64,000 bases of DNA from Thermodesulfobacteriota bacterium (GCA_965202785.1 OZ241855.1:1248001-1312000); one strand, 5' to 3'; positions 18,112 to 28,235 are shown, counted from the first letter of the stretch. Numbers and translations are program-made. The notes: generated from the sequence alone by a model not told the origin.

Positions 18112-19198
18112 TCGCTTCTCCCTCAACCGGATTATTGGCGCGGTCGTCCGGGTAGAATTGCTGATACCATTTACGCATCTTATTCAAGGGGCGTTGCCGG
18201 TAAATTTTCCTTTTCCAGACCTCCACATCCTGTCGCCACTGTGAGATCCAGTTACCAATCACGTAGGAAATAAATATTCGCGGCACATATCGGGGAGCGA
18301 ACCACCGGAAAGTTACCCGTTGCTTCAGCGCCTCGACAGGAGTGTGCGTCTGGAACATTATTATTTCGCCGATTCTCGGAATATGGAATTCGAACTTCAC
18401 AATACTCCCGGGACCAAAAAAGGTGATCAGTGCTCTGGCTCTGGTGCTCTCGCGAATCCGGCCTCCTATTTCAAGCATCGTCTCGTCTTGGAAATAGGCA
18501 ATATGCTCAAGTGTGTCATCAAGAAACCATGACGGCTTGTGTCGAATTCTTACCCAAGGCAATTTTATGTTGGTCCAAGGGATGACCATGGTTCCATGGA
18601 GTTGCGAGAAATGATGAAAGTCGACGCTATTCTCGGCAAATTCAATAATGTGCATCTCTATTTCGCCAGCGTCGTACTGACCGCGGTGAATCAACTGCTG
18701 ATTGTCGATCTTGGGCTGAGGCGGTATCCGATATGGCGCCTGTTCGCCCTGCCGCACCGAACGGTAAATCATGATCATGCCGTAGTAGTCGATTGCTTCC
18801 CAATGCCGGTGAACGAGAGGCCGGCCCTCGACGTGGGAGGGTGGATGGCAAACCCTGCCGCCTCCGTCCAGCTGCCAGCCGTGAAAAGGGCATTCCAATC
18901 GGTCCCCTTTGACTTTACCATAGGCCAGGTTTGCACCCAGATGCGGGCAGAATGCATCTAAAGCCGCAATCCGGCCGGATGTCTGGCTACGAAACAGAGC
19001 GATTTGCTCCCCCAAGCACTGAACATGCTTCACTTTTCCCTGCTTGATTTCTTTGGAAGATGCTACCCTGTACCAACCGTCTGGAAAAGGCGGCGGGTAG
19101 GTGGACTCTCTATAACTTGTCAGATTATTAGATATGAAAGGGCCTCCATTCCCGATGGAACCACAAGCGATTTTACCGCCGGGGCAACTTGCTAACAC
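18101..19198 (-). CDS. Rieske [2Fe-2S] non-heme iron oxygenase, Neverland/DAF-36/KshA-like
   Basis: PPPFPDGWY, CPHLGANL..CPFHGW, ENSVDFHHFSQLH iron motif, C-terminal QDVEVW..K..RKWYQQFY. Confidence 0.85.
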   Translation of the reverse strand: MLASCPGGKIACGSIGNGGPFISNNLTSYRESTYPPPFPDGWYRVASSKEIKQGKVKHVQCLGEQIALFRSQTSGRIAALDAFCPHLGANLAYGKVKGDRLECPFHGWQLDGGGRVCHPPSHVEGRPLVHRHWEAIDYYGMIMIYRSVRQGEQAPYRIPPQPKIDNQQLIHRGQYDAGEIEMHIIEFAENSVDFHHFSQLHGTMVIPWTNIKLPWVRIRHKPSWFLDDTLEHIAYFQDETMLEIGGRIRESTRARALITFFGPGSIVKFEFHIPRIGEIIMFQTHTPVEALKQRVTFRWFAPRYVPRIFISYVIGNWISQWRQDVEVWKRKIYRQRPLNKMRKWYQQFYPDDRANNPVEGEASGG

Positions 19199-19275
19199 TG
19201 TCCCCCTCCTCCCATTTTTTGCCTATGGGAGAACTTTAGGTTTCATGGTTTCGCACCTCTGTTTTTCAAAATTCT

Positions 19276-19295
19276 ACATATAGTAACATATAGTA
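19276..19295. repeat. Perfect 10-bp tandem repeat ACATATAGTA x2 upstream of Rieske-SMT operon
   Basis: Read directly at 19276-19285 and 19286-19295. Confidence 0.85.
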
Positions 19296-19565
19296 AGTAC
19301 TGAGTCATTTAAAACAGTCGCTATGAATAAAATTTTCAGGGATGATTAAGTTGTTTCATTGTGTTATCTCTCATGATAAATGACCTCCCTGATCAAAAAT
19401 TCTCCTTTTTTTCAGGATAGCCAGCCCCTTGCAAACGAGAAGATCAAATCATGATGATTGTGGACGGTTTAAAGTTTAAGTGGTGAGAGGAAATTGCCGG
19501 GAGAGTCACGGCAACTGATAATTTCCACTACTTGATAAAGTCTTTCTGGGAATGCTCTTTAGTGA

Positions 19566-20381
19566 CTACTTTGTTCTATACATCAAGAGCCCAGGCTTGT
19601 TTCTCATGTAGGTGGCAAGCTCCTCGTCCAGTACCTTTCCGTGTACTGTGGAAGCGTGACGCAGGTAAACCACGCCGTCCTTTCTAACGGCGATTCCCGT
19701 GTGAGAGACGTCAAGACCGTCTTTACCGGAGTAGATTCCGAGGTAGTCCCCCGTTTTTATCTCCCGCAGCACCTGCGGGTTTAATTTTTCAGAAGGAACA
19801 TAGCTTAAGTCCCTTTTTACTGTCGCAAGCCCTGGAAGCCAGGGAGAGCCGTCTGTTTTTCTGTTCAGTTCCTTGGTCACGGTTACCGTTGCGTCGCCCC
19901 CGACTTCCCGGGTTACATCACGAGCGTTCTTATCGTCTCCGGTCACCCAGTCGGAGAAAAAATGTTTCCTGTTCTCCCATCGCACCGTACCGTCTTTGTA
20001 TCTTGTTTTCGCAAGCTTTTCCTTGAATTCTCCGAAATTTTCCGAAAGCCTGAGCGACTCCACGTAGTCGATATAGGTAAAGCAGTCAACCCCCGAGAAA
20101 TCCACCGTAAGCTGCTCCGCCTCGCCGCTTGCCCCCCCAAGGGTGTTTCCGGCATAGGGAGTTTTGAGAAATTTTTCCGAGAGAAATTCTATTTTGGCTT
20201 CGGGACCGTCTTTTAAAGCTGCCTGTTCCATAAGGGTTTCTATCTCCTGCTGCGTCCAGTCTCCAAGGATCACCTTTTCTGAGTGTGCGGTCGAGAAGTC
20301 TTTTCCGAAGACCGTGAACAGGAACTTGGCCGCGATAACTATGACGACCAGAAGAAAGAGATTTTTGATTATTCTTCTCAT
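19566..20381 (-). CDS. DUF1460 (NlpC/P60-like amidase) exported protein
   Basis: N-terminal TM; FLKTPY..NTL, VDCFTYIDYVESL, RKHFFSDW, GLDVSHTGI, RHAS motifs. Confidence 0.88.
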   Translation of the reverse strand: MRRIIKNLFLLVVIVIAAKFLFTVFGKDFSTAHSEKVILGDWTQQEIETLMEQAALKDGPEAKIEFLSEKFLKTPYAGNTLGGASGEAEQLTVDFSGVDCFTYIDYVESLRLSENFGEFKEKLAKTRYKDGTVRWENRKHFFSDWVTGDDKNARDVTREVGGDATVTVTKELNRKTDGSPWLPGLATVKRDLSYVPSEKLNPQVLREIKTGDYLGIYSGKDGLDVSHTGIAVRKDGVVYLRHASTVHGKVLDEELATYMRNKPGLLMYRTK

Positions 20382-20385
20382 AGTT

Positions 20386-21252
20386 CTACCCCGGCGACCC
20401 GATATTTATTCCGGCAAGGAGGAAAAGATCATCTCCGAGCAGGTAAAGAATGGCCGAAAGCGAAAGAAAGGGACCGTAGGCTATGGCATGTCCCGGATCT
20501 TTCTTGCGCAGTATTATAACCGAGAGCCCGATCAGGGTTCCGAGGATGGAACTCAGAAATATTATGACCAGCACCCCCCACATTCCGAAAAAGGCTCCCA
20601 GCATCGCTACGAGCTTTACGTCGCCCATTCCCATTCCTTCTTTTTTTCTCAAGTTCCTGTATGCCATGGCGATCAGTAAAAAAGCTCCTCCTCCGAGCAG
20701 CGTTCCCCCTATAGAGTTGAAAATGGCAATACTGGCCGTCGCGGGCAGAAAGTCCGCAAGGCCGGAGGAGAAAACCACCTCGGCCGCGCCTCCCCAGTCT
20801 GTTCTGATCACGTTTAGCACAACTCCGGCCGCTATTCCTGGAAGCGTTATCATGTCGGGGATTATCAGGTGTCTTATGTCTATCAGTGTTATAGCCACAA
20901 GTCCCGTGCAGAGCGCCAGGTAGAAAAGCAGTTCGAGCGACACTCCGAACTCCCTGTAGAGGAAAACCGCCAGCACCGCGCAGAGAAGTTCCACAAGCGG
21001 GTACTCGGCTGATATCCGCTCTTCGCAGTAGGCGCACCTTCCTCCGAGCAATAGCCAGCTTAGAATCGGAATGTTGTGAAGGGCCTTTATGGGGGTTTCG
21101 CAGCTCGTGCAGCGGGAGCGGGGAGAGACTATGGATACCCCGGCTGGAATCCTCCTTGTGCAGACATTCGCAAAGCTTCCGAGTGCTGCTCCCAGAATGA
21201 ACAACCATATTTCGGGAACGATGCTATCAAGAAAGAGAAAAGAACTTTCCAA
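20386..21252 (-). CDS. pilD: Prepilin peptidase/N-methyltransferase
   Basis: GSFANV, PRSRCTSC, GRCAYC, IDIRHLIIPD, GMGMGDVKL, YGPFL motifs. Confidence 0.95.
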   Translation of the reverse strand: MESSFLFLDSIVPEIWLFILGAALGSFANVCTRRIPAGVSIVSPRSRCTSCETPIKALHNIPILSWLLLGGRCAYCEERISAEYPLVELLCAVLAVFLYREFGVSLELLFYLALCTGLVAITLIDIRHLIIPDMITLPGIAAGVVLNVIRTDWGGAAEVVFSSGLADFLPATASIAIFNSIGGTLLGGGAFLLIAMAYRNLRKKEGMGMGDVKLVAMLGAFFGMWGVLVIIFLSSILGTLIGLSVIILRKKDPGHAIAYGPFLSLSAILYLLGDDLFLLAGINIGSPG

Positions 21253-21281
21253 GTCGACTCCTGTCTAAGTTGCGGCTTTCG

Positions 21282-23381
21282 TTAAACGTTTCTTTTCTGC
21301 AGTTCTGAAAGCGCCAGGTCAAAATGTCTTCTGCAGAGCTTGATGACTTTCCTGTTTTTCCCCAGATGTTCTCTTATGGCGTGCAAAGATGCCCTGTTGC
21401 ATACGAGCCTTATGTCTGCTCCAGTTCTGCCCTCAAGCTGTTCTGCAAGCGCGGTGAGTTTCACGTCTGTCCCGAGAGGTTTTTTCCGTGTGTGGATTTT
21501 CAGGATTTCGAGAATCTCCCGTTTTGCCGGAGTCGGGATCTCGACTATCAGATCGAATCTTCCCGGTCTCAGGAGCGCCGGTTCTATCATATCAATCCTG
21601 TTTGTTGCGGCAAGCACCAGCACGTCCGGAAGTTCCTCGACCCCGTCAATCTCGGCGAGCAGCTGGCTTACCACTCTTTCGCTCACGCGGGTCGAGTTGG
21701 ATTCGGAGCGTCTCGGGCAAAGGGCGTCAAGCTCGTCGAAAAACACTATGCAGGGAGAAACCTGCTTCGCCTTTTTGAAAACTTCCCTTACGGCACGCTC
21801 CGACTCGCCGACATACTTGGAGAGAAGCTCCGCTCCTTTTATGGAAATGAAGTTGACTTCCGTTCTGTTGGCAAGAGCTTTTGCGAGAAGGGTCTTTCCC
21901 GTTCCTGGAGGGCCGTGAAGAAGTATTCCCTTGGGTGACTTTACGTCCAAGGCCTCGTAGAAGTTCCTGTGCTTCATAGGCCATATGACGGATTCAATAA
22001 GGTCGTCCTTTACGTTCTCAAGACCTCCGACATCATCCCAAGAGGTTTTCGGTATCTCAGCCACTATCTCCCTTATTGCGGAGGGATGGATATTTCGAAG
22101 TGCCTCAAGGAAGTCTTCCATGCCGACTTCGACAAGAAAGCTGTGTGCGACGTTGGAGACGAAGTCCTGTTCCATGTCCGGCAGGATGTTGGTAAGAGAA
22201 TTTATGGCCGCCTCCCTGCAGAGATTCTCTATATCGGCTCCCACATAGCCGCTTGAGAGCTCGGAAAGCCTCTGAAGATCAACGTCGTTTGAAAGCGGCA
22301 TGCTTCTTGAATGAACCTGGAATATTTCTAGACGGGCCTGGGTATCGGGAACCGGAAGGTGGATTTCCCTGTCAAACCTGCCCGGGCGGCGCAGAGCGGG
22401 GTCGATCATGTCCGGAAGGTTGGTCGCTCCGATAACCGTAACGTTTCCTCTGTGCGTGAGTCCGTCCATGAGGGATAGAAGCTGGGCCACCACCCTTTTT
22501 TCAACGTCCCCCGTAACCTTGTCTCGGCGGGGAGCTATCGCGTCGAGTTCATCCAGGAATATTATGGACGGCTGGTTCTTGGTAGCGTTCTCAAATATCT
22601 GGCGCAGCTTGGCTTCGCTCTCTCCGTAGAACCTGTGAATTACCTCGGGGCCGTTTATTACCTGGAAATTTGAATCCGTCTCAAACGCTATGGCTTTTGC
22701 GAGCAGGGTTTTTCCGCTTCCCGGGGGGCCCGTGAGAAGGATTCCCCTGGGCGGCTGAACCCCGAGCTTTTCAAAGAGCGAGGGAAAGCGTATCGGAAGC
22801 TCGAGAATCTCTTTTATTCTTTTTACCTGGGTTGAAAGTCCCCCTATGTCCGTATACGAAACCCTTTCCGCATCCACCTTTGTTTTTGGCCTCTGTATCA
22901 CGTCCATGCGGGTTTTCTGGCTTATGACAACCGAGTGCTCAGGCATCGTGGTAAGCACGTCGAAATCTTCGGTCTTGGCGGCGGACACTCTCACAGATAC
23001 CCTGTCTCCGACCGTTACGGCGAGTCCTTCAAGCCTGTTGCAGAGGTGCTTGCTCTTGGCCGGGTCGTAGAGAAACGCCTTGTTTCTCGGACACAGGGTT
23101 ATCCTGCTCGCTTTCTCAAGGTCGGCTTTCGTCACTATTACTATGTCGTCAAGCTCAACTCCCGCATTCTCTCTCGTTACAGTGTCTATTTCTATTACGG
23201 CCCCCATTTCCCGTTCTTCGGCGTCAAGCGGCAGAGCTCTCACGACGGTTTTCCTCCTTCCGTCTATCTGTACCAGATCCCAGGAGGTAAGGCCCAGCTC
23301 CCGCATGTCCATGGGGCTTATCCTGGCGTAACCCTTTCCCGAGTCTCTTGAGTGGATTTCCGAAATTTTAAGCGATATCAT
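21282..23381 (-). CDS. CDC48/VCP-family AAA+ ATPase
   Basis: Cdc48 N domain ([23 protein letters not shown]) plus two AAA domains ([13 protein letters not shown]; [13 protein letters not shown]), with [14 protein letters not shown] and [11 protein letters not shown]. Confidence 0.93.
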   Translation of the reverse strand: MISLKISEIHSRDSGKGYARISPMDMRELGLTSWDLVQIDGRRKTVVRALPLDAEEREMGAVIEIDTVTRENAGVELDDIVIVTKADLEKASRITLCPRNKAFLYDPAKSKHLCNRLEGLAVTVGDRVSVRVSAAKTEDFDVLTTMPEHSVVISQKTRMDVIQRPKTKVDAERVSYTDIGGLSTQVKRIKEILELPIRFPSLFEKLGVQPPRGILLTGPPGSGKTLLAKAIAFETDSNFQVINGPEVIHRFYGESEAKLRQIFENATKNQPSIIFLDELDAIAPRRDKVTGDVEKRVVAQLLSLMDGLTHRGNVTVIGATNLPDMIDPALRRPGRFDREIHLPVPDTQARLEIFQVHSRSMPLSNDVDLQRLSELSSGYVGADIENLCREAAINSLTNILPDMEQDFVSNVAHSFLVEVGMEDFLEALRNIHPSAIREIVAEIPKTSWDDVGGLENVKDDLIESVIWPMKHRNFYEALDVKSPKGILLHGPPGTGKTLLAKALANRTEVNFISIKGAELLSKYVGESERAVREVFKKAKQVSPCIVFFDELDALCPRRSESNSTRVSERVVSQLLAEIDGVEELPDVLVLAATNRIDMIEPALLRPGRFDLIVEIPTPAKREILEILKIHTRKKPLGTDVKLTALAEQLEGRTGADIRLVCNRASLHAIREHLGKNRKVIKLCRRHFDLALSELQKRNV

Positions 23382-23423
23382 TAGCCCTCACCTTTCAAAA
23401 AAGATATTAACGCTTAAAATTTT

Positions 23424-24584
23424 ATGGTCAAGAAAGCACCCGAGGGAAGGGAGGAAGCGGCTTTTCCCCGGGAAAAACGGTCGGCGAATCAAGTGCAGCT
23501 AAAACATCTGAGCCTTAGGAACTACAGAAATTACGAAAATCTCTCTCTCCCGTTCTACACGGGACTGAACGTCATCCACGGACGAAACGCCCAAGGGAAA
23601 ACCAACCTTCTCGAGGCAATCTATCTTGTCTGCGGGATGCGGCCTTTTTCGGGCGCGAAAAACTCTGAACTCGTGCGCTTCGGCTGCGAAGCCTCGCTCG
23701 TTAAGGGAGAGATTCTTTCCGCAAACGGTTTAAATGAAGTGCATATAACCATAAAGAAAGAGGGCCGCCACACTCGGCTTAACTCAAAGACCGTGCGGAG
23801 CATAAGCCAGCATTTCGGCCGCTTCAAGGTCGTTTTGTTCCTTCCCTCGGACATAGAGATAGTTAAGGGAGGTCTTCAGGCGAGGAGGAATTACCTCGAT
23901 TCCGTCGTAAGCGCCATACACCCGGCCCACATAAAGCAGCTTCGCGATTACCAGAGGGCCGTAAGCCAGAGAAACCACATGCTCGGATTAAATGAGAAAG
24001 TGTCCCCGCTTTCCGTGGAACTCTGGGATGAGCAGATAGCCAGAATCGGAGCCGACATCGTGGGCAGACGGATCGAGATGATAAAAAGCTTTAACCGCAA
24101 ACTGGCGGAGGTTTACGGGGAACACGGGGAATCGGACATGTCGGCGCGCGTGAGCTACGGGTTTTCGTTTGAACGCGGGGCGGATATCGCAGAGGCGATA
24201 AGGGAAGCCCTTTCCAAGAACTTTCCTTCTGACAGAAAAAGGGGTCACACGACTGTGGGCCCCCACAGGGACCGGGTCGGTTTTCTGCTTAACGGGCAGG
24301 ACGCTTCGCGCTTTGCCTCTCAGGGGCAATCGAAAAACCTGGTTCTGGCGCTTAAGGCCTCTGAGATAAGACTTTTTAAGGAACACACAGGGACTAACCC
24401 CATACTTCTTCTCGACGACATAACGAGCGAACTTGACATAAAGCGCAGGAGCTTTCTTTTCAGAACTCTCTCGGAATTCACCGGGCAGGTGTTTGTCACC
24501 TCGACCGATAAGAACGAGATACCCCGCCGGGGGCAATTTCACTCGTTTCTCGTTGACTCAGGCCGGGTAAAAGCCGGCGCTTAA
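23424..24584 (+). CDS. recF: DNA replication/repair protein RecF (start may be GTG 23493)
   Basis: GRNAQGKTNLLEAI, GPHRD, SQGQ, PILLLDD motifs. Confidence 0.95.
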   Translation: MVKKAPEGREEAAFPREKRSANQVQLKHLSLRNYRNYENLSLPFYTGLNVIHGRNAQGKTNLLEAIYLVCGMRPFSGAKNSELVRFGCEASLVKGEILSANGLNEVHITIKKEGRHTRLNSKTVRSISQHFGRFKVVLFLPSDIEIVKGGLQARRNYLDSVVSAIHPAHIKQLRDYQRAVSQRNHMLGLNEKVSPLSVELWDEQIARIGADIVGRRIEMIKSFNRKLAEVYGEHGESDMSARVSYGFSFERGADIAEAIREALSKNFPSDRKRGHTTVGPHRDRVGFLLNGQDASRFASQGQSKNLVLALKASEIRLFKEHTGTNPILLLDDITSELDIKRRSFLFRTLSEFTGQVFVTSTDKNEIPRRGQFHSFLVDSGRVKAGA

Positions 24585-24684
24585 GAGATTCTACTCTCCG
24601 CGGTCAATGGTTTTAAACAGAGGTCAGAGAAGTTATCATAAAAGGTTAACCAAAAGGTACGTTTAGTTGAAAGGAGGCAGTGAA

Positions 24685-25146
24685 ATGTATAAAATCACTC
24701 TGGTTCTGATAGCGGGCTTAATAGCTATTATGCCGACGTTGGCGGCCGCGGACGATTGCAGTACGGTTGAAAACAACAATCTTGCGATTCACGCGGTGCC
24801 GGAACTCATTCACCAAAAGGTCACGTTTGACGTAACGGCGTCGTATACCCCGTTTGATGAAAAGTACTCGGAGCTTGATAATATCAGCGTGTTTACTGGG
24901 GGAGCGGGCTTCAAGGTAGCGGGGGTGAAACTGGGTATGGGTATCAGCCACTATACAAACGGGACGTCTTACCCGGTAAAGGACGGAGATCCGTGTGTAG
25001 GTAATACAGCGTTGGCCGTGGCGGGTTTTGTTAATCTGGGCGAGAGCGCAAGGCTAAAACTGGGGATTGCCAGAAGTAGCGACCTAATAGACTCACCATC
25101 AATCGACAACACTACTTTTCACGCAGGGTTACGTTTCGGATTCTAA
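24685..25146 (+). CDS. Small secreted protein, probable outer-membrane beta-barrel
   Basis: SD AAGGAGG, signal peptide ending LAAA, amphipathic strands, C-terminal AGLRFGF. Confidence 0.65.
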   Translation: MYKITLVLIAGLIAIMPTLAAADDCSTVENNNLAIHAVPELIHQKVTFDVTASYTPFDEKYSELDNISVFTGGAGFKVAGVKLGMGISHYTNGTSYPVKDGDPCVGNTALAVAGFVNLGESARLKLGIARSSDLIDSPSIDNTTFHAGLRFGF

Positions 25147-25184
25147 AAAAAGAGCAACAGTAATTTTCAGGAGGACAAAACCAA

Positions 25185-26081
25185 ATGGACTTAAAGATCA
25201 TTGACCTTAATTTCTTTATGACTGAAACGATAGCCTCTTACGTTATCGAAACCGGCGAGGGGCCGATACTTATAGAGACGGGTCCCGAGACCGTGTTCGA
25301 GAATCTCAAAAGCGGGCTTTCGGATCTGGGATACTCCCCCTCGGACGTAAAACATGTGTTCGTAACCCATATCCACCTCGATCATTCCGGGGGCGCTTGG
25401 CGTCTCGCCGAGACGGGTTCGACGATATACGTTCACCCGGTGGGAGCTCCACACCTCATAGAGCCGGAGAAGCTCATGAAATCCGCGACGAGGATATACG
25501 GGGAGGACAACATGAAACGCCTCTGGGGCGAGGTTGGGGGAATGGACAAAGACCGCGTGGTTGCCATTGAGGACGGCCAGAGCATCAACATCGGGGGCGT
25601 TGAAATAAGGGTCGTAGAGACCGCCGGACATGCCGGGCATCATCACTGCTACCTGATTGAGAATGCACTTTTTACCGGGGATACGGCGGGATGCCTGATG
25701 GCGGGCGGTCCCATGATTCCCGCGACTCCTCCTCCCGAGATACACCTTGAGAAGTGGCACGCTTCCATTGACAAGATGAGGGAGATATCCCCCGACATAA
25801 TTTATCTAACCCATTTCGGCGGGTACACGGATGTGGGTCCCATGCTTGACGCCGCAGCCGAGAAGATCGAAGAGTGGTCTGAGTGGATCGGCGAGAGAGT
25901 ATCGGCCGGAAAGAGCGACGAGGAAGTAACCGAGGAGTTCGGCGCCTACTTCAAAGAGATATTCGAGCGTGAGGGCGTAAACGAAGAGGTCTATAAAAAG
26001 TATGATCTTATGGCTCCTTACCACATGAACGCCGGCGGCCTTGTAAGATACTGGAAGAAATACAGGCTTCCGGCTTCTTGA
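25185..26081 (+). CDS. MBL-fold metallo-hydrolase
   Basis: THIHLDHSGG, GHAGHH, LFTGD, LTHFG motifs. Confidence 0.92.
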   Translation: MDLKIIDLNFFMTETIASYVIETGEGPILIETGPETVFENLKSGLSDLGYSPSDVKHVFVTHIHLDHSGGAWRLAETGSTIYVHPVGAPHLIEPEKLMKSATRIYGEDNMKRLWGEVGGMDKDRVVAIEDGQSINIGGVEIRVVETAGHAGHHHCYLIENALFTGDTAGCLMAGGPMIPATPPPEIHLEKWHASIDKMREISPDIIYLTHFGGYTDVGPMLDAAAEKIEEWSEWIGERVSAGKSDEEVTEEFGAYFKEIFEREGVNEEVYKKYDLMAPYHMNAGGLVRYWKKYRLPAS

Positions 26082-26147
26082 GCTTTTTATCAGAATTGCG
26101 GTTTTGTTTTCTTCGGGTCCTGTCGTTATAATTACTCGTTTTTAAAT

Positions 26148-26223
26148 CGGGGTGTGGCGCAGCTGGGAGCGCGCAGCATTTGGGATGCTGAGGTCGGAGG
26201 TTCGAGCCCTCTCACCCCGACCA
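26148..26223 (+). tRNA. tRNA-Pro(TGG)
   Basis: CGGGGTG/CACCCCG acceptor, CAGCA-TTTGGGA-TGCTG anticodon arm, encoded CCA. Confidence 0.96.
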
Positions 26224-26258
26224 TTTTTCTGCGATTCGACGCATGTTCGGATTTTTTC

Positions 26259-26333
<75 letters not shown>

Positions 26334-26360
26334 CATTTCGGTGCTGCGAAAATTTCTTTT

Positions 26361-27740
26361 TCAAAGAAGCGCAGCGCCCAGGAAGAGGTAGAAGGCGGTA
26401 CCGAATATATCGTTGAACGTAACCAGAAACGGTCCCGAGGATACTGCCGGGTCCATCTTTAGCCTGTTAAGAACCAGTGGGCCCGCGACGCCAAGAAACG
26501 AAGTTGTAAGCGTAGCTCCCACGATCCCCGCGAATATTACAAGAAACAGCCTTACGAAATCGGTATCCGCGGTGTTCAGCAGAAGTCCGATCAGGGCGCC
26601 CAGAAGGCCGCTTATTATCCCGAGAGCCAGTCCCACCTTGAGTTCCGCCAGAAGAAGATCCTTTATCTGGTCTTTTACGAAATCACCGGTGGCCAGGACC
26701 CTGACGGTGATGGTATTTGTCTGAACTCCTACGTTTCCGCCGGTGGCCATGACCAGAGGAAGCAGGGCCGCAAGTATGATGAAATTCTCAAGCGTGGTCT
26801 GAAACTTCTGCATTATTATAAACGCCACCAGAAGCTCGCCCACGAGAGCGAGCATTATCCAGGGAGTCCTCAGCCTCAAGTTGTCGTATATGGAAGTGTG
26901 TACCGGGTGCAGTCCCTCGCCGGTTATACCGCCGAGTTTGTATATGTCTTCTCCCGCCTCTTCGGATATTACGTCGAGTATGTCGTCGGCGGTTATCCTG
27001 CCGAGCAGCTCCCCAGACTCGTCCACCACGGGAAGCGACACTTCATCGTATTTCCTGAAAATCTTGGCTACTTCCTCCTGGTCCATGTCCGGAGTGGCCG
27101 TGATCTCGACCGGATCCATTATTGTCCAGAGGGGGGATTCAGGCGCCGCCGTCGAGAGCTTAAGGGGGAACACCCTTCCAACGAGCCTCCCCGTTTCGTT
27201 CACCACGTAGACCATGTGCAGGTCCTCTACGTCGTCTTCGTCTTCTTCCTCGATCTGTCTTATCAGTTCAACGGTTTCCCTTGAGGTGGCGTCGTGCGGA
27301 CTTTTAAGAACCTCGGTCTGCATGATTCCGCCTGCGGAATCTTGCGGATACTTTAGAAGCGGCGTCACCTCCTCGCGTTCTTCCGGATCCATGGTTTCGA
27401 GAACTTTCTTCGCCACATCTTCCGGCAGTTCTCCCAGGAAGTCTGCGGCGTCGTCCGATTCCATTTCTTCGGCCATCGCGGTGAGGGAAGTCTCCCTCAT
27501 GAGCTTCAATATGCTTACGCGTTCCTCGGGGTTAAGCTGGAAATAGACTTCGGAGGCTACTTCCGCGTCGAGAGCCTCAAGGATGAGATGCTTTTCTTCC
27601 TGAAGGGAAGCAGCCTGTATAAGCGAGGATATTTCTGAGGGATGCATTGACTGGGTTATGCTTCTTACGGCATCCCAGTTCCCCTTCTTAACAGCCCTGT
27701 CTATCTTCTTTACCGTCTTTTTTACGTTAACCGCCATCAC
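26361..27740 (-). CDS. mgtE: Magnesium transporter MgtE
   Basis: MESDDAAD N-domain, two CBS domains, GGNVGVQT and DPAVSSGPFLVTFND TM motifs. Confidence 0.95.
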   Translation of the reverse strand: MMAVNVKKTVKKIDRAVKKGNWDAVRSITQSMHPSEISSLIQAASLQEEKHLILEALDAEVASEVYFQLNPEERVSILKLMRETSLTAMAEEMESDDAADFLGELPEDVAKKVLETMDPEEREEVTPLLKYPQDSAGGIMQTEVLKSPHDATSRETVELIRQIEEEDEDDVEDLHMVYVVNETGRLVGRVFPLKLSTAAPESPLWTIMDPVEITATPDMDQEEVAKIFRKYDEVSLPVVDESGELLGRITADDILDVISEEAGEDIYKLGGITGEGLHPVHTSIYDNLRLRTPWIMLALVGELLVAFIIMQKFQTTLENFIILAALLPLVMATGGNVGVQTNTITVRVLATGDFVKDQIKDLLLAELKVGLALGIISGLLGALIGLLLNTADTDFVRLFLVIFAGIVGATLTTSFLGVAGPLVLNRLKMDPAVSSGPFLVTFNDIFGTAFYLFLGAALL

Positions 27741-27974
27741 AATTACTCTCGGTTCCGTGTTTTTTCAGGAGGCGTGTCGAGACATTGCCCCTTTTCTGAA
27801 CAAATTAGAATACAGTTTTCGGTATCGATTACTATAAAAATATGTTCTGCGGTTTTTTTTATTTGCTGAGGCTTTTCTGGGTTCGGAATAGAGTCAGCAG
27901 TTTGTTTTCCAGCTTTCCGTAGCGAAACAGATGTTTGCGGAGCTACTGTTTTAGAGGTGTCCCACTTTGCTCGG

Positions 27975-28235
27975 TTATTCCAAAGAAGCGATTTTATCAG
28001 GTGTTTCCATCCGCTTTATTTTGTTCCAAGCTTCCCGCAGTTCTTCTTGCCGGAGAGATGCCCATTCAACAACTAGCCCATGAGCGCGCGGAGGAAGGTG
28101 CCCGCGCAATACTGCCAAGGTTTCGATATTCATCAGTACTTGATATTCCCCGTAAAACGCATGGAAGTGAGGAGGTGCGTGGTCATCAAAATACATGCGT
28201 ATGATGATTCCGTAGAAGCGGCAGAGTTCAGGCAT
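27975..28235 (-). CDS. DUF4160 protein (putative toxin-antitoxin component)
   Basis: MPELCRFYGIIIRMYFDDHAPPHFHAFYGE..G.LP..LV.EWA. Confidence 0.88.
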   Translation of the reverse strand: MPELCRFYGIIIRMYFDDHAPPHFHAFYGEYQVLMNIETLAVLRGHLPPRAHGLVVEWASLRQEELREAWNKIKRMETPDKIASLE

